DNA of 48,830 nucleotides, filler included, from Jimgerdemannia flammicorona (taxonomy: Eukaryota): NCBI GenBank assembly GCA_003990765.1. It is 2 parts of 2 records of this genome, joined end to end, with 100 filler letters (N's around TTAATTAATTAA, not from the genome) between each part and the next. Parts side by side here need not be neighbours in the genome. Positions count along the whole stretch, not along the records: positions 24,469 to 48,830 come from RBNJ01000985.1; 1 more part is not named here. One strand, written 5' to 3'. Below, one piece after another: positions 24,469-36,969 of this stretch. Each line of letters starts with the position of its first letter. The stretch's first letter is position 1. Under the pieces are notes generated by a model, which worked only from the letters and a program-made list of their open reading frames with translations, was not told where the DNA came from and made no database searches. Position numbers and translations under genes: made by a program.

Positions 24469-27400
24469 CCCCCTATCCAATCCCCCTAGGGGGGCCCCCC
24501 CCTCCTACCTCTTCCCTGTGAAAGACCACTTTGTCGAACACTATCCCCACCCTCCCACTACTCTGCTCACAGATCTTCATCACCAAACCATGATGTCATC
24601 CTCCCGGAGGACCCCAACCCACCCACCATCTGGTCAGCAGATCCCCCACCAGCTCCTCCCACCTTGACACCTTCTCATGCAGCCCCAACTACTGCCCCTC
24701 CTCAAATACAAAAAGCCAATGGCCTGCCAGTCCCACCCATACTACTAACACCCATCCTACAGTGAGCCAACTATCCTCCACCCCACCTACAAGCTGAGAT
24801 CTTAAGTCCTCCCAGCGACCCCCCTCCCTCACCTGCTGATGCCCCACACCCAGTCTATCCCCTATCTCAAGGGGGGGGACAATGTCTCCCAACCAATCTG
24901 ACTCTGTCTGCCAGCCCAGATCCACCCCTTAGCCACCTTCATTAATCTCTTCACTGCCCAGGCCAGGAAGTCCAGGTGATAAGCTAAATACCATAGCTTC
25001 GGCAGCCAATATACATTCAAAATTGAGACCTGCCCTGTCAGAGAAAATTATCTTCCCCCCAACCCTGCAAGTCCTCCTCCCAGATTCCAATCCTCTGCTC
25101 CCACCAAAGCCTCAGCAAAACTGACCTATAGACTGACAGATAAATGCCCAAGTACTGCACTGCCTTACCGGTGGGGACAATTGCTCCTATAACTTCTCCT
25201 CCCACCAGTCCATTGCCTAGCACCATAGTCTCACACTTGTGCCAATTCAGCTTAGCCCCAGAGTTCTCCTCATACCACTCCACTGTCTTCTTGAGCTCCT
25301 CAACATCATCAATTGATCCCAGCACAAACACCATGTCATCCACAAAGGCCCCAACTTTCCACCCAATTCCATAGATAGAGAGCCCTGCTATCCTCTACCT
25401 AATTCTGTCCATTAGGGGTTCTAGGGAAAGAGCATACAAAATGGAGAACAGTGGGTCCCCCTGGGGCACCCCCCTACTCAGGGGAAAAGCTACCCCTCTA
25501 TGTCCATTACACATGAGTGCAGCCCTGCTCCCTTCCAGTAGGCTGACCATTGCTGACCAAAATCGTCATGGAACTCCCATTCTATCCAATACTTTCTCTA
25601 GCCAGACTTATCACACCCTGTCATAAGCCTTCTCCTGATCCAAGAAGACTAGATGCCCATCCAGTCCACAGGCTCTTGCCCCTTCAATGACTCCATGTAC
25701 CCAGGCTGTACTATTCCTAATAAGCTGACCACTCACAAATCCCCTCTGCTCAACACCCATGACTTGCTGGGCCACCTTTTGTAGCCTTGCAACCACCACT
25801 TTAGTCACCATCTTTCTGTCCATATCTAGCAACATTATCGGCCACCAATTCTTCCAATTCTCTCACCTTCCTTTATTCTTATAAAGCAGCATCACCAGCC
25901 CAAGATCCTGCTCTCCCACCCATCTCTCTATCTGTAATATAAAGTCACACAGTGCCATCATCTCTTCCATCACACCTGGGACCCTAACCATTTGCTTCCA
26001 GAAGTCCCAGGGCAGACCATTCTCTCCAGGTGCCATACCAGAGGTTGTCACAGCAAGAACCTGGTGGATCTCATCCTCTGTTATGGGTATCACCAGGTCA
26101 CCAAGCCCTTCTACTTGTGGTGGGTGCCAATCTTCCAATGTTCAGTCAATAGCAGCAGCATCTGCCCCACCTTCCTCCTTACTCCACAATCCACTCCATT
26201 GCTCCTTCAACAATCCAAGAATATCCTACACACCATGCACTAGTACACCCTCCAAGTCTAGTAATCCATTCCACCATTGCTGTACTCTTCTTACTCTAAG
26301 GGCCTTTATGAGGAACTTAGAAGGCCTCTCTCCTTCCTCCAGCACCTGCCAATGAAGCTATGCTGCCAGGCTTTGCACCCTTGCCTCTTCCTCTTCCTGC
26401 AGCACCTGCTGTAGTTCCCCAACCTCCATCTTTGTCCTCAGGAATCACCAATCTTCTTCTCTCTCCAACATTGCTATTCTTGCCCACTCCTCCAGAAGCC
26501 TAGCCAATCTAGTAGAAGCCCAATGCACTCTATACTTTCTCTGCTTCCTTGCCTCCTTGCCCACCTCACTCTAGTAAATCCTGGCCATCTCTTTCATCCT
26601 CATCCACCAAACCCCAATTGAGGCACCTTCCTGTCACCAGTTCTCCACCCTTAGCTGAATGTCTTTAGCCCACTCATCTCACTGGGACTTGTCATCTAAC
26701 AAAGAGGAATTTAGGCACCAATGTCCAGGCCCATTCCCACTACCCCCAAAGCACCCCTGTCCCAAGAGGCCCCAGTGATCTGACCATGGGCACCATTCCA
26801 CCTCCAGTGACTTCCAAACATCTCAGCCCCAGCAGCTGGCTGTCAGAATCCAGTTGATCCTTGTCCCCAGGCCCCCAGCCCAATGTGTATACACTCTCCT
26901 ATCCCCCCAGTACTCCCAGCTAGCATCCATCAGCACACTAAGCCTCTCTACTTCCTCCCACACTGCCAGTCCCCTACTCCTGCCCTCAGTGCCCCGTCTG
27001 CCATCTGTTCTATCCATCAGCATATCCCAAACCATATTGAAATCTCCCCCAAGCATATCCACCCCAGCCTCTGCAAGGATCCCACTCTCCTGAAGACCTT
27101 TTACCCATTCTATACACTCACTCCATATGGCTGGGCAGTAGCAGGAACCAACCGTAACTGGCTCCCAGCCTGCCCGAATCCACTCACCCCAAACCAGTCT
27201 CTCTCTCTAGCTCCTCACATCTCTTATCTCCCCTCTGCCCTTCTGAACCAGAATCCTGACCTCGCCTTTCCAAATCACCATGTCTCCCCATTCCTTTGTC
27301 CATTCCATCCTATCAGAATCATCCTCACACCTTATATCCTGTAAGAGGAAGAGATCAGCTTCCAATCCCTTCAGCTAAGTAAAAATATTCCTATGCCTAA

Positions 27401-29580
27401 CAGTGCCCTGTAGCCTATTCACATTCAAAGAAAAAATGTTGGTTGTACTGTTCATAATGAAATATGTTTTGTTATCAGTCGATCTCTACTGCTCTATGTT
27501 CATCTCCTCCTGTGCTATGTCCAGATTATGTTCTGCCATCACCTCCTCCTCTTCAGCCCTCTGAGCCTCCAATCCAGCCAACATCTCATTCATCTCCTCA
27601 TCTGCCTTCTCCTCAAACTTCTCCCAGTACTCAATACAAGCCTCCTGCCAAAGCTATAATCCATGATGCTTATTCCAGCAGTATTCAGCTCTCTCCCCAG
27701 CAACAACTGCCATCTCTGCCTCCTGATCCTTGTCCACCTCATACCCTTCCTCCTCCAGATACACCGCAAGAATTTCTGCCTTCAGTGCCATCATCACTCC
27801 ATCTCCCTGCAGTATCCTTGCCCAGTGCTCATCACCCATCCCTCACAAGTCCACCTCCCCCAACTCTTCTGCTGCCAGGTTATTCATCATCCTGCACATC
27901 CAAAGTAGGTTCCCCACCTCCTTCCCTCCAGGGGTCACTGGCCTCCCTCCATCCAGCATTGTGGTGTCAGCTCCAGTACTTGCAGCTTCATCCCACACCT
28001 CTGGGACATCCACCAGTTCCTCCTCTCTAGCTGCCACTACATGTCCCCCATTTGTTATCTCTGGAACACCAAATTTCACCCATTGGGTCCCCAGTATTGT
28101 CACATCCTCCACTATCTTGTTTCGAGAAGCTGGGTCTTGCCTGATAAGAGGAGAAGGGGTAGGGGAGTCCTCCTCCCAAACCTCAAAGGTACCATCTGCA
28201 TATGGGTCATTAACCTTCGCCTCCTTCTCCTTCCCTGTTTCCTTCCCAGCATTCCCACCCCTCTCACCAGCCCAGGCACTCACTTTTGCCCCCTCTATGC
28301 CCATCACCCTGCTCACATCCTCCAGTGGTCCATCTCCCAGTTTAGCCAGCAGATCCTTCTGTCTCTTACACCCCTGTGCCCTTTTCTACTGTGCCTTATC
28401 TACTCGAATCCACTTTCCATTCACCATCTCCAAGTATGTTGACTCCACAAAAGCCTTCCAAGTCTTTGCTCACCACTCTACAGCACCACTCAATTCATCG
28501 AGTGCCTCCAATAAATCCTCTTCCTCCTCCTCACTACCCTTCACCTTTATCACCTTGCATAAGATCGCTCCCCAGACCATTACCAAGGACCAGTCTCTTG
28601 CCTTCCCAGTAGCTTCTTTCCCAGCCAGCCGAATCCTCACATCCATGACACCAGTCCTGAGTGAGGTCCCTTCCCAGACCCTGAATCTGATATCCACCAC
28701 CTCTCTATATTTGGCCATGACCTCCTCAACCCTCTTTCTCATCTCCATCACCATCACTGTGGGCACTCCTTTCACCAGCAGTTGGACCACCCTTGGATCC
28801 CATTTCAGGCACCATACCATTGAGATGCACACCTCTCCAACTACCAACCCAATCTTCAGTGCCTCCTCCAGTGGCTCAGCCTCCTCAAAACCCACCTCCA
28901 CACCCTCTAGTCTCTTCAAAAACTTCACCGACATGGCTCCTGCCACCTACTTAGCAATAAGCCCCAGTATTATTTTTGCTGTCACAGCTAAGCCCCTGAA
29001 GCACAGTGTAACTGTGAATACCAAGATCAATTGTTTGAGTAATGGGGCCACTGCCAGGCCCATCACACTATCTGTCAAATCCCCTTATCTTCTAAGCCTC
29101 ATCCACTCAGCCTCGCCATCAGCCAACACATCTGGATTTTTTTCCAGATTGGCAGTCCTGTTGCTATCAGCTGTCACACTCCCCCCAGCCGCTACTCCCC
29201 CAGCTCCACTGCCCCCCCTTCCAAGGGCTACTCCCCCATATACCATCACCTTCTTGGTCTCCTTGCCCCTCCTCAGCCAGCCCTCCAGCCCTGATGCCTG
29301 CTGTCTCCCCTTCACTGTCTCAGTAAAGCTCACTCTCCCAGATCCCTGTCCTCCACTATTGCCTCCTCCCCTTTCACATCCACCTGCCAGCAGCCCCCTC
29401 ATATCTCCCCCCAGGCCAGGGCCTCTTCCCACCTGCTACCAGTTGAACGCACTTGGGCCACCCTGCCCAGTACACACCTCAGATTGCCTGTCAGTTGCCA
29501 TGTTGCTAGTCTCTTTTCTCCAAAAATGATATTGTAGTTGCTTTCTAAAGGTTGTGTAACTGAGTGGTACTGGAGAGAGA
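24469..29580 (-). mobile_element. L1/Tx1-like LINE: ORF1 (29501 to ~27480) and ORF2 APE endonuclease-RT (27455 to the gap), pseudogenised
   Basis: APE motifs MNSTTNIFSLNVNRL, DLFLLQD, GGDFNMVWD, YTHW..TRINWIL, WSDH. RT motifs APGENGLPWDFWK, LLYKNKG, PIMLLDMDRK, EQRGFV, LVFLDQEKAYDRV, GVPQGDPL, AFVDD, GAKLNWHKC, YLGIYL. Confidence 0.93.
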
Positions 29581-29589
29581 TACTCTTTC

Positions 29590-32000
29590 AAGTCTTTGTA
29601 CTTTGGATTCTCATTTTGTCTTCCTGATAACTTGTTTCTAATTTTTATTTATTGATCTGATTTGTCTTTAGTATTTTTATTATACTCTTGATCTTGCTAT
29701 CCTCTTTAAAGAGTGTACTAAGATACTCTCTTATTATTTTTTTCTAGTAATCAGGCCTCTCCTACTAATATCTCTCTCAAACTATCTTTTTCTTAATATG
29801 GCTTGCTTGTTGTCTATTTCTGGATATACTTACATTTGCTTGACTTCAGACTGTACTAGATATACTATACTTAAATTAGTCAAGCAATTATCCTTATATT
29901 TGCTCACAGTCACTAATAAAAATCAAGATTTTACTCTTATTTCTCAATTACTCTACCTTGATGGCCTTTTGGCCCTCCTCTATACCTTAGCTTATGAGTT
30001 ATATATCCTTAGATTGGATCAGGTTCTCTCTCTTCTTTAGGTTAGATAGACTCATACTATCTTTTTATAGTCTCTCGGATTTCTTTATTATCAAACACAT
30101 CTATCTCTAATATAATACAGTAAACCCACCTCTAACTAATCTCCCTCTAGGAACCACCCTCTATCTCTTTATAATTAAAAACTACCTGACTATTAACTAT
30201 CACAACCCTCTATCTACTTTACTCACAAATTTCTTCTACTAGTAGCAGTGATAATCTGTGGACCCTACTCTACTCTACTATCTCACTCTTAGATTATATA
30301 TTTGTACCTCTCATTTTTACTTTCTTCTCAGACTTCTTGTCTTTACCAGATATTTGTCTTCTAGTTTTTTATACTCTTTCTAAGATTTATAAGCCTATTT
30401 TAGCTTAATATTCTATTATAACTACTTTCTATTTATCAATTACTGATATTTTGAAATAGTTATCTCATTTCTTTCTCTCTTAGATATCACTTCTTCAGTA
30501 CTTTCTTGAGTCTGAGTATATTATTCCTTGTGATACTCAGGAGCTTATCCTCCTTTATTCTGCTATTATACCTATTACTCATTTTTTTTATTTGGCCTCT
30601 GATGAATTTTTTTTTCCCTTTTATACTACTATTTATTTTAATGAGATTAGTAATTACCTATACTCTCTCAGTTTCATTATTTACTCTTTGGGTTCTCTGA
30701 TTTTTTTGGCCTCAATTGTTGAGCTCATACTCCTCATTTACTACTTCAATTATTTCAAGTTGGTTTTTAGTTCTATCATTAGATTTCTGATATTGCTATA
30801 GGAATAAATTGTGCTCCACTCTTGCTAACCTTGTTGACTTAGCTCATGAGCTTTATATACTATATAATTCTTCTTTACTAGTACTTCCAATAAATTAAAT
30901 TAAATTGAATTTGACTCAAATTTGATATGATTCAATTTGATCAAATCAAAGATCTAATTCAATTCAAGATTCAATTTAAATTCTATTTTTTGAAATATAA
31001 TAACTTGACAAAAACACATCCAAATATAATGGTCCTTAGCTAGTTAGATTTCTCTATATAAGAGAAATCTAAAAAGCTAAAGATTATTAAATTTAGATAT
31101 ACTTTTGTTAAGTTATTATATTTCAAAAAATATAGTTCAAATCAGACCCTCAATTTGATTCAAATTTGACTTAATTCAAACTTTATTCAAATTGAAAAAT
31201 CTCTAATTTGATTCAATTTGAATAACTCTCAATTCAATTCAATGAATTCATTTGGAAGAACTATTCTTTATTACTCACCATTATCTTCTAGACTGGTGAT
31301 ATATATCTTCTTCTACTATTATATTAATAATTTCATTATCTTCACTGTTTCTGGCTTTAATATCTCTAATATGTTTCATGTTATCTACTCTCTCTATTAT
31401 TTAAATATCTGAATGATTGGGTCAATCAGTATTCTATTCTTGGATCTTTTTATTTTCATTTCACCTTTCTAAATAATTATTTATTCTTATTTTCTCTATT
31501 TCTAAAAATTCTCTAACTATTGTTTCAATTATCTCTATTTCACTCTTTATAAATATACTTGTAGTGAAGTTTGATATCTTGCTTTATACTACTTCTATCA
31601 TTCTGACTAGATGTTGGTTATTTGGGTTTTTAGCAATTTTTTGATCTATTACTATACTTACTCTATTTTTATTATTTGTAACCTACTTATCTCTGTTAAA
31701 TAGTCTGTTATATACTCTACTCTTCTCTCTCTCTTTATTCTCTCTTTCTTCTCTCTCTCTCTCCTTATCTACTTTATATCTCCTCTTCTCTCTCTCAATT
31801 CTTGTTATACTATTTGATCAAACTTATTAGGCTATACAATGTTCTGATACTGTTATATATACTTCTTTTTTATATTATAGCCTATTATCTCTTTTCTAAT
31901 AGCCTCTCATTACTTGATTACATCTTCTCTCTGTTTCTTCTCTAATCCATTATATTTTTATTATCTTTAGATATCTCCAGCTCTGCTGGAGAAGATTAAA
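29590..32000 (-). mobile_element. Unclassified, strongly decayed TE-derived sequence (host of the 30879 MITE)
   Basis: Purine-rich minus strand, no CpG, stop-riddled coding-like stretches; no diagnostic motif recognised. Confidence 0.35.
30879..31263. mobile_element. hAT-family foldback MITE, 385 bp
   Basis: TIR TAGTACTTCCAA...TTGGAAGAACTA; 8-bp TSD TTCTTTAC/TTCTTTAT; whole element is quasi-palindromic around TAGATTTCTCTATATAAGAGAAATCTA. Confidence 0.88.
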
Positions 32001-32049
32001 AAACATTCTGGCCCCCTCAGAGTCTCATATACACTCTAGGATATTTAGT

Positions 32050-33088
32050 CTTTACTTTACTTCTCTCTACTGTTTTCAGTCTCTTGACTTCATCTCAGAT
32101 TGATCCTACTAACTAGGACCTCTACTTACCTGAGATCCTATGGAAAATTTGGAATACCCCTACTATCTCTATTAAACAAAAGCTCTTTGAGATAATGTTT
32201 GCCAAGAAGACCAGAACTGCTGACTATGAGAACTTTGGAGACCTCTTCAAAAAGACAGAACAGTTATATAATCAAGCCTAAGTTCCAATTATCAAGACTT
32301 AAGAAAGACAAAAGAAGTACCATAACTAGAAGCAAAAGAATCAGAAGATCAAGATTGAAGATCAAGTACTAGCTTAGAGAAGCATAATTGAAATAAACTT
32401 TACTATCAAACTGGAACCCAAATGCAAAGGATCTTATCTTGTAAATAATATCAGAGGAATCAGCATCTATTTAAAAAGTATGGATGGATAAACCTTGAGA
32501 ATACTAGTATATATCAACTGCCTCAAGATATATCTCTTTCTATATTATAAATCAGAGGATTGACCAGTATCTTTAGACTCTTATTCTCAGTTTCTATAGT
32601 CTCTATCTGTTCCCATGCCTATATTCCACTAACTCCAAGGAATCCCAGGCAGATAAATTTAAGGACATCTCAAAAACCTAACTATAGCTAAGAGATTGCT
32701 ATAGATCCATCAGCTATAAGCTTACTTTTCTATTGGATAAGTCCTACAAGACCCCATATATATAAGAAGACCTATATATTTAAGCTATCAAAATGATATA
32801 GCTACCAGAAGGATCTATGTACTCTATAGATACAATGAGGATATACTAACCTAAGTACAGTGTTATCTCAATAATATCTAAAAGATAAATGAAGCTATCT
32901 TTTAAATTATACTATAATAAGTAGAATTCTTATTCTTTGAGTCAGAGTAATAAGACTCAGATCTTGAATAGAGTGACCCTGACTCCAATATAGAGACAGT
33001 ATAGATATTGATACAGAAGATACTTATACTTATTGGGATAACAACTAAAGAATAGTCTAGAGCTAGACCATCCTTTAGTGAGAGCTGA
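32050..33088 (+). mobile_element. Ty3/Gypsy 3' internal fragment: integrase C-terminus (GPY/F region) and PPT
   Basis: IKIEDQVLA...IKLEPKCKGSYLV...IYLKSMDG..LVYINCLKIY (~32350-32535) resembles the VGDxVL..KLxPKWxGPY..VHxNRLKxY motif. Purine tract just before the LTR at 33089. Confidence 0.7.
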
Positions 33089-34228
33089 TGTAATATATGA
33101 CATAAGTATCAGATATTCAGATGACATGATCCCTACATATCATAGTTATCTAGTTATTGTGAAAACTATATAAATAGTACCAGATATCTAGATTGAGATA
33201 ACTGAATCTTAAAGATACTATATCTTGAAAGTACTGTATCCTGAGAGTACAGTGGAAGTTATATACTATATTTAACTATACTGCATATTCTATAATTAAC
33301 CAGATAGCAATCAGATAGCAACTACAACTATATAAAATACCTCAGAGACAAGAGTGAACAAACCTCAGTCTGAAATTCAGAATATATTTCAACTGTAGTT
33401 CACTTTCCAATATAAAGAAAAGTTTAAAAATTAAAGTAAAAGATAAGTCTGCTCACTATACTTCAAGAGATATATCTGCCAAAAGTCAATTGATTCAGAA
33501 AGAATTATAATACTTAGAAAAAACATTTGCTCTAAAGCCACTACTAGGAGATTGTGAGCTTACTTTTTACTCTGGTCTACTTTTTGATATAAAGAAGAGT
33601 CTGTTACATTTTGGTTCACTTGCCAGATAAGTCTAAAGAAAATCCGAGTTATTTTTCAGAGAAGTCTGCTAATTCAGGAAGAATCTACTACTATTCTCAG
33701 AGAGCTTACTATAAGAAACCTTGCTATAAGCCAGTTTATCTAATATAACTTTGCAGTAGAGCCAGTCTATAATATAACTCTATATAAATGAAGCCAGTCT
33801 TAACATAACTTATTAAGAATCTATACTAAACTGAGTCATCTAAATTATTTATACTATCTGAGATATTTTCCAGAAACCTACCAATTTAGAAAAATCTGTA
33901 CCAAATCTGTTTATAAGATCATTATACTATACAGAGATCATTACACTATACAAGAGATCATCATATAGAAATTATATACTTTTAGAGAATATCATACTAT
34001 ATAAGGGTTGCTCACTGAAATTATCAGATTGCTACTACTCTCAGAGAATTATCTTAATAAGAAAATTACCAAAATTACTTACAGATATCTAGCTTTGACT
34101 ATTATACCACTAAACACTAATAAGGAATCTTAAAATATTTTGTTACTTTTGATAAAGTAACTAGGGGTTCAAGCTAAACTATACCAATTTACCTTATAAT
34201 TTGCCTCTATTGAACTGGGCATATTACA
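33089..34228 (+). repeat. 3' LTR (1140 bp), related to the LTR at 41884-43273
   Basis: Termini TGTAATAT...ATATTACA. Shared blocks TAGCAATCAGATAGCAA, AGAGACAAGAGTGAA.AAACCTCAGTCTGAA, ACAGATATC.AGCTTTGACTATTATA and CCTTATAATTTGCCTC.ATTGA. Confidence 0.88.
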
Positions 34229-34737
34229 ATATTTATATAGTATTTATATTTAAAATAATTAAAATGTAAAATTTAATAAAATATTAATTCAGTTTTAGAA
34301 TATACTATTAATTAATCTTATTGATATTTTTATCTTTAAAGTTTTTAATAATATTAAGTAAATATTTTTCAAAATTAAAAATAGCTCAAAATATATATAT
34401 AGTAAAATAGTAGTCTATCTTATATTAATATTAAATATTAGAATAATTGATTGCTTTTTTAAATTAATAAATTATCTATAGTAATAAAATATAAAGTGAT
34501 TGAAATTCTTAATATAAAGTTAAATATATATATTAAAATTATTAGAGTAATTAAAAAAAAATTCAATCCTATTATATATTTATAGTAAAAAATAAAAAAT
34601 AAACAAATATATTATATTTATATATCTTTTTTAAAAATATATATAATATTATATTTAAAGATAAAATATCTAGCTAAATAGAGAAAAAATTATAAATATA
34701 TAAAATTAGTAATAATAAATTAAAATATTATTATAAT

Positions 34738-35201
34738 TAGTACTCTCAAATAAATTGAATCAATTTAAATTGAATTGAATTGAGAGTTATTCAAATCGAA
34801 TTAAATTGGGGATTTTTCAATTCAAATTGAAATTGAATTGAATTAAATTTGAATCAAATTGAGGGTCTGATTCGAAACCTATTTTTAAAAATATAATAAC
34901 TCAACAAATGTACATCCAAATTCAATGATCTTTAGCTTATTAGATTCCTCTATATAATAGAAATCTAATAAGCTAAAGATTATTAAATTTGGATATATAT
35001 TCGTCAAGTTATTTAATTTCTAAAAATAAAATTTGAATCAGACCTTGAATTGAATTGGACCTCAATTTGAATTGATTCAAATTGAATTGGACCTCAATTT
35101 GAATTGATTCAAATTGAATTGGGCCTCAATTTGATTCAAAGTTTTCAAATCAAATCAAATTTGGGTCTAATTTGATTCAATTCAATTTGTTGGAAGCACT
35201 A
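34738..35201. mobile_element. hAT-family foldback MITE, 464 bp; inverted sister copy of 30879-31263
   Basis: TIR TAGTACTCTCAA...TTGGAAGCACTA; perfect 8-bp TSD ATTATAAT (34730-34737 and 35202-35209); internal tandem TTGAATTGGACCTCAATTTGAATTGATTCAAA repeats. Confidence 0.92.
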
Positions 35202-36290
35202 ATTATAATATATAATATTTAGTATTTTAAATATTTTTTATAAATATGAAGTAAACTAAAGAATATATAGTTTATAAAATATAAATTATTTAAATATATT
35301 AAATAAAATTATAAATAACAATTATTACATATTTTAATTTATTCTGTAATAACTAAATTAATAAAATAAAACAAAGATATTTTTCAGAGATCCAACATTT
35401 AAATCTTACCAATTTTCTCTCATTGCAAGCTTTATTTTGTATACTGTTGTCTTATGAATCTTTCGAATCCATAACCACTGCAATGTACTTCACCCAGCTA
35501 CCCACAACCATCCATCCAAGCAGAAATCACCGTCATCTTACCTGGAGCATGGTGCCTCATATCACGTTAATTGCCTTCACGGCTTGGGTCAAACCCGAAT
35601 GGCTGGCCCAACGACATCTGTAGCGGCGGCCAATACGTCAAATCAAAGGGTTGTTTCTATGTCCATTCCCCGCCCAGCGGACGGACGAATTCTCTTGGAC
35701 AAACGCATTTGGAAACCACCAGCGTTGTTAATTGGAGTCATCGTCCTGCGCGTACCTCAAGGTTCCTGCTCCACACAACCCAGCCTTTGTCCTGGACGTC
35801 CTCCGCAGAATGACTCGAACCCGGAGAACGACGACTGTGGATCTAACGCTCTCACGAAATTCTGTCACTGAGTTTGTCAGACAGTTGACAGTTGTGAAAG
35901 GTTGGAGAAGTGGCTGAGTGCCCTTGGTCGTGTTCGGGCGCGTGATTAGCTTCCTCGATGACATGTCGACGTCCATTGTCTCCGTGTCGACTTCCCAACA
36001 CGGTCAAGTGCAAATTCGGTTTCACGGAAGAACCATTCAAGGTAACTGAAGTCTTGGATTTACAATTCCTTATTTGCATCCGCGATCACGTGCAGCGTCG
36101 GCATTATGACGTTGAGTATGGCCAACTTTGCTGTTCTGATGTTTTCATGCCCTGAAACCGTGGGGTGTTGCCGAGCTGCGTTGTGTTCGTCAAATTTGGC
36201 GGCAATGTATACGACGAAGTATGGTTGAGAGCCGAGGTTTGTTTTTTTTTTATGTCGACACCAGAGGGGGTACGTCATCAGCGACGAATC

Positions 36291-36382
36291 ACACTGAAAC
36301 GCACGAATGGCGTACACTGAAACGCACGAATGGCGTACACTGAAACGCATGAATGGCGTACACTGAAACGCATGAATGGCGT
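36291..36382 (+). repeat. Minisatellite, 4 x 23 bp ACACTGAAACGCA(C/T)GAATGGCGT
   Basis: Four contiguous copies with no spacers; copies 1-2 carry C and copies 3-4 carry T. Confidence 0.95.
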
Positions 36383-36969
36383 CAGTCCCTTCAAAAAAAA
36401 AAATCTGTGCGCTGTGCCCCTTCAAGGAAGATTGTGAATGTGCCATTAATATTTGCTCTGCGCACATTGTCTTCCTATTTTGTGCTAGGTCATTGTAGAC
36501 GTATTTCGGCTCTGCGCTGTTAACGTTGCAGAAATAATAGTTCCCCTCTAATTCTCCTCCCCGAAAAGAGACAAGAGATGCATCCAAGTATTGTAGTTGT
36601 CCGATAGGTGTCTAAAACTATCACGGAGCTTAGAGCCAACGTTCACATTATGTGATGAATTGCTCTTTGGCTCTTGTCGAAAGGACGTACGGAATGTCTC
36701 GTTGGCCTCACACATTTTTGCAACCATTACGTCAAGGAGAAACTGTGAAGTCATCTCTTAAAACCCCTGACCGAGTGCGATCACCACTGTTGGGGACAAT
36801 TTTGTTGCGGGTTATATTTCCCCTGCCACCACCGTTTTTCAGAGCAACTTTGCAACACTACCTACATTACTTACAACCCAACCACTTTCCAACTTTTCCA
36901 ACTCACACTACCCAAAACCAAACCTACCATACTCAAATCTAACTTTCTTCACCTATAACAACAGCAAAG

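Noticed and set aside
27730..29529. 599-aa plus-strand ORF rich in S/T/P
   Set aside because: It is the antisense shadow of LINE ORF1; composition simply mirrors the G/A-rich sense strand and no domain is recognisable.
30879..35201. Composite transposon formed by the two inverted MITEs
   Set aside because: Each MITE has its own distinct 8-bp TSD, indicating independent insertions.
36291..36382. Possible CRISPR-like array
   Set aside because: Repeats are contiguous with no unique spacers, there are no cas genes, and the context is eukaryotic.
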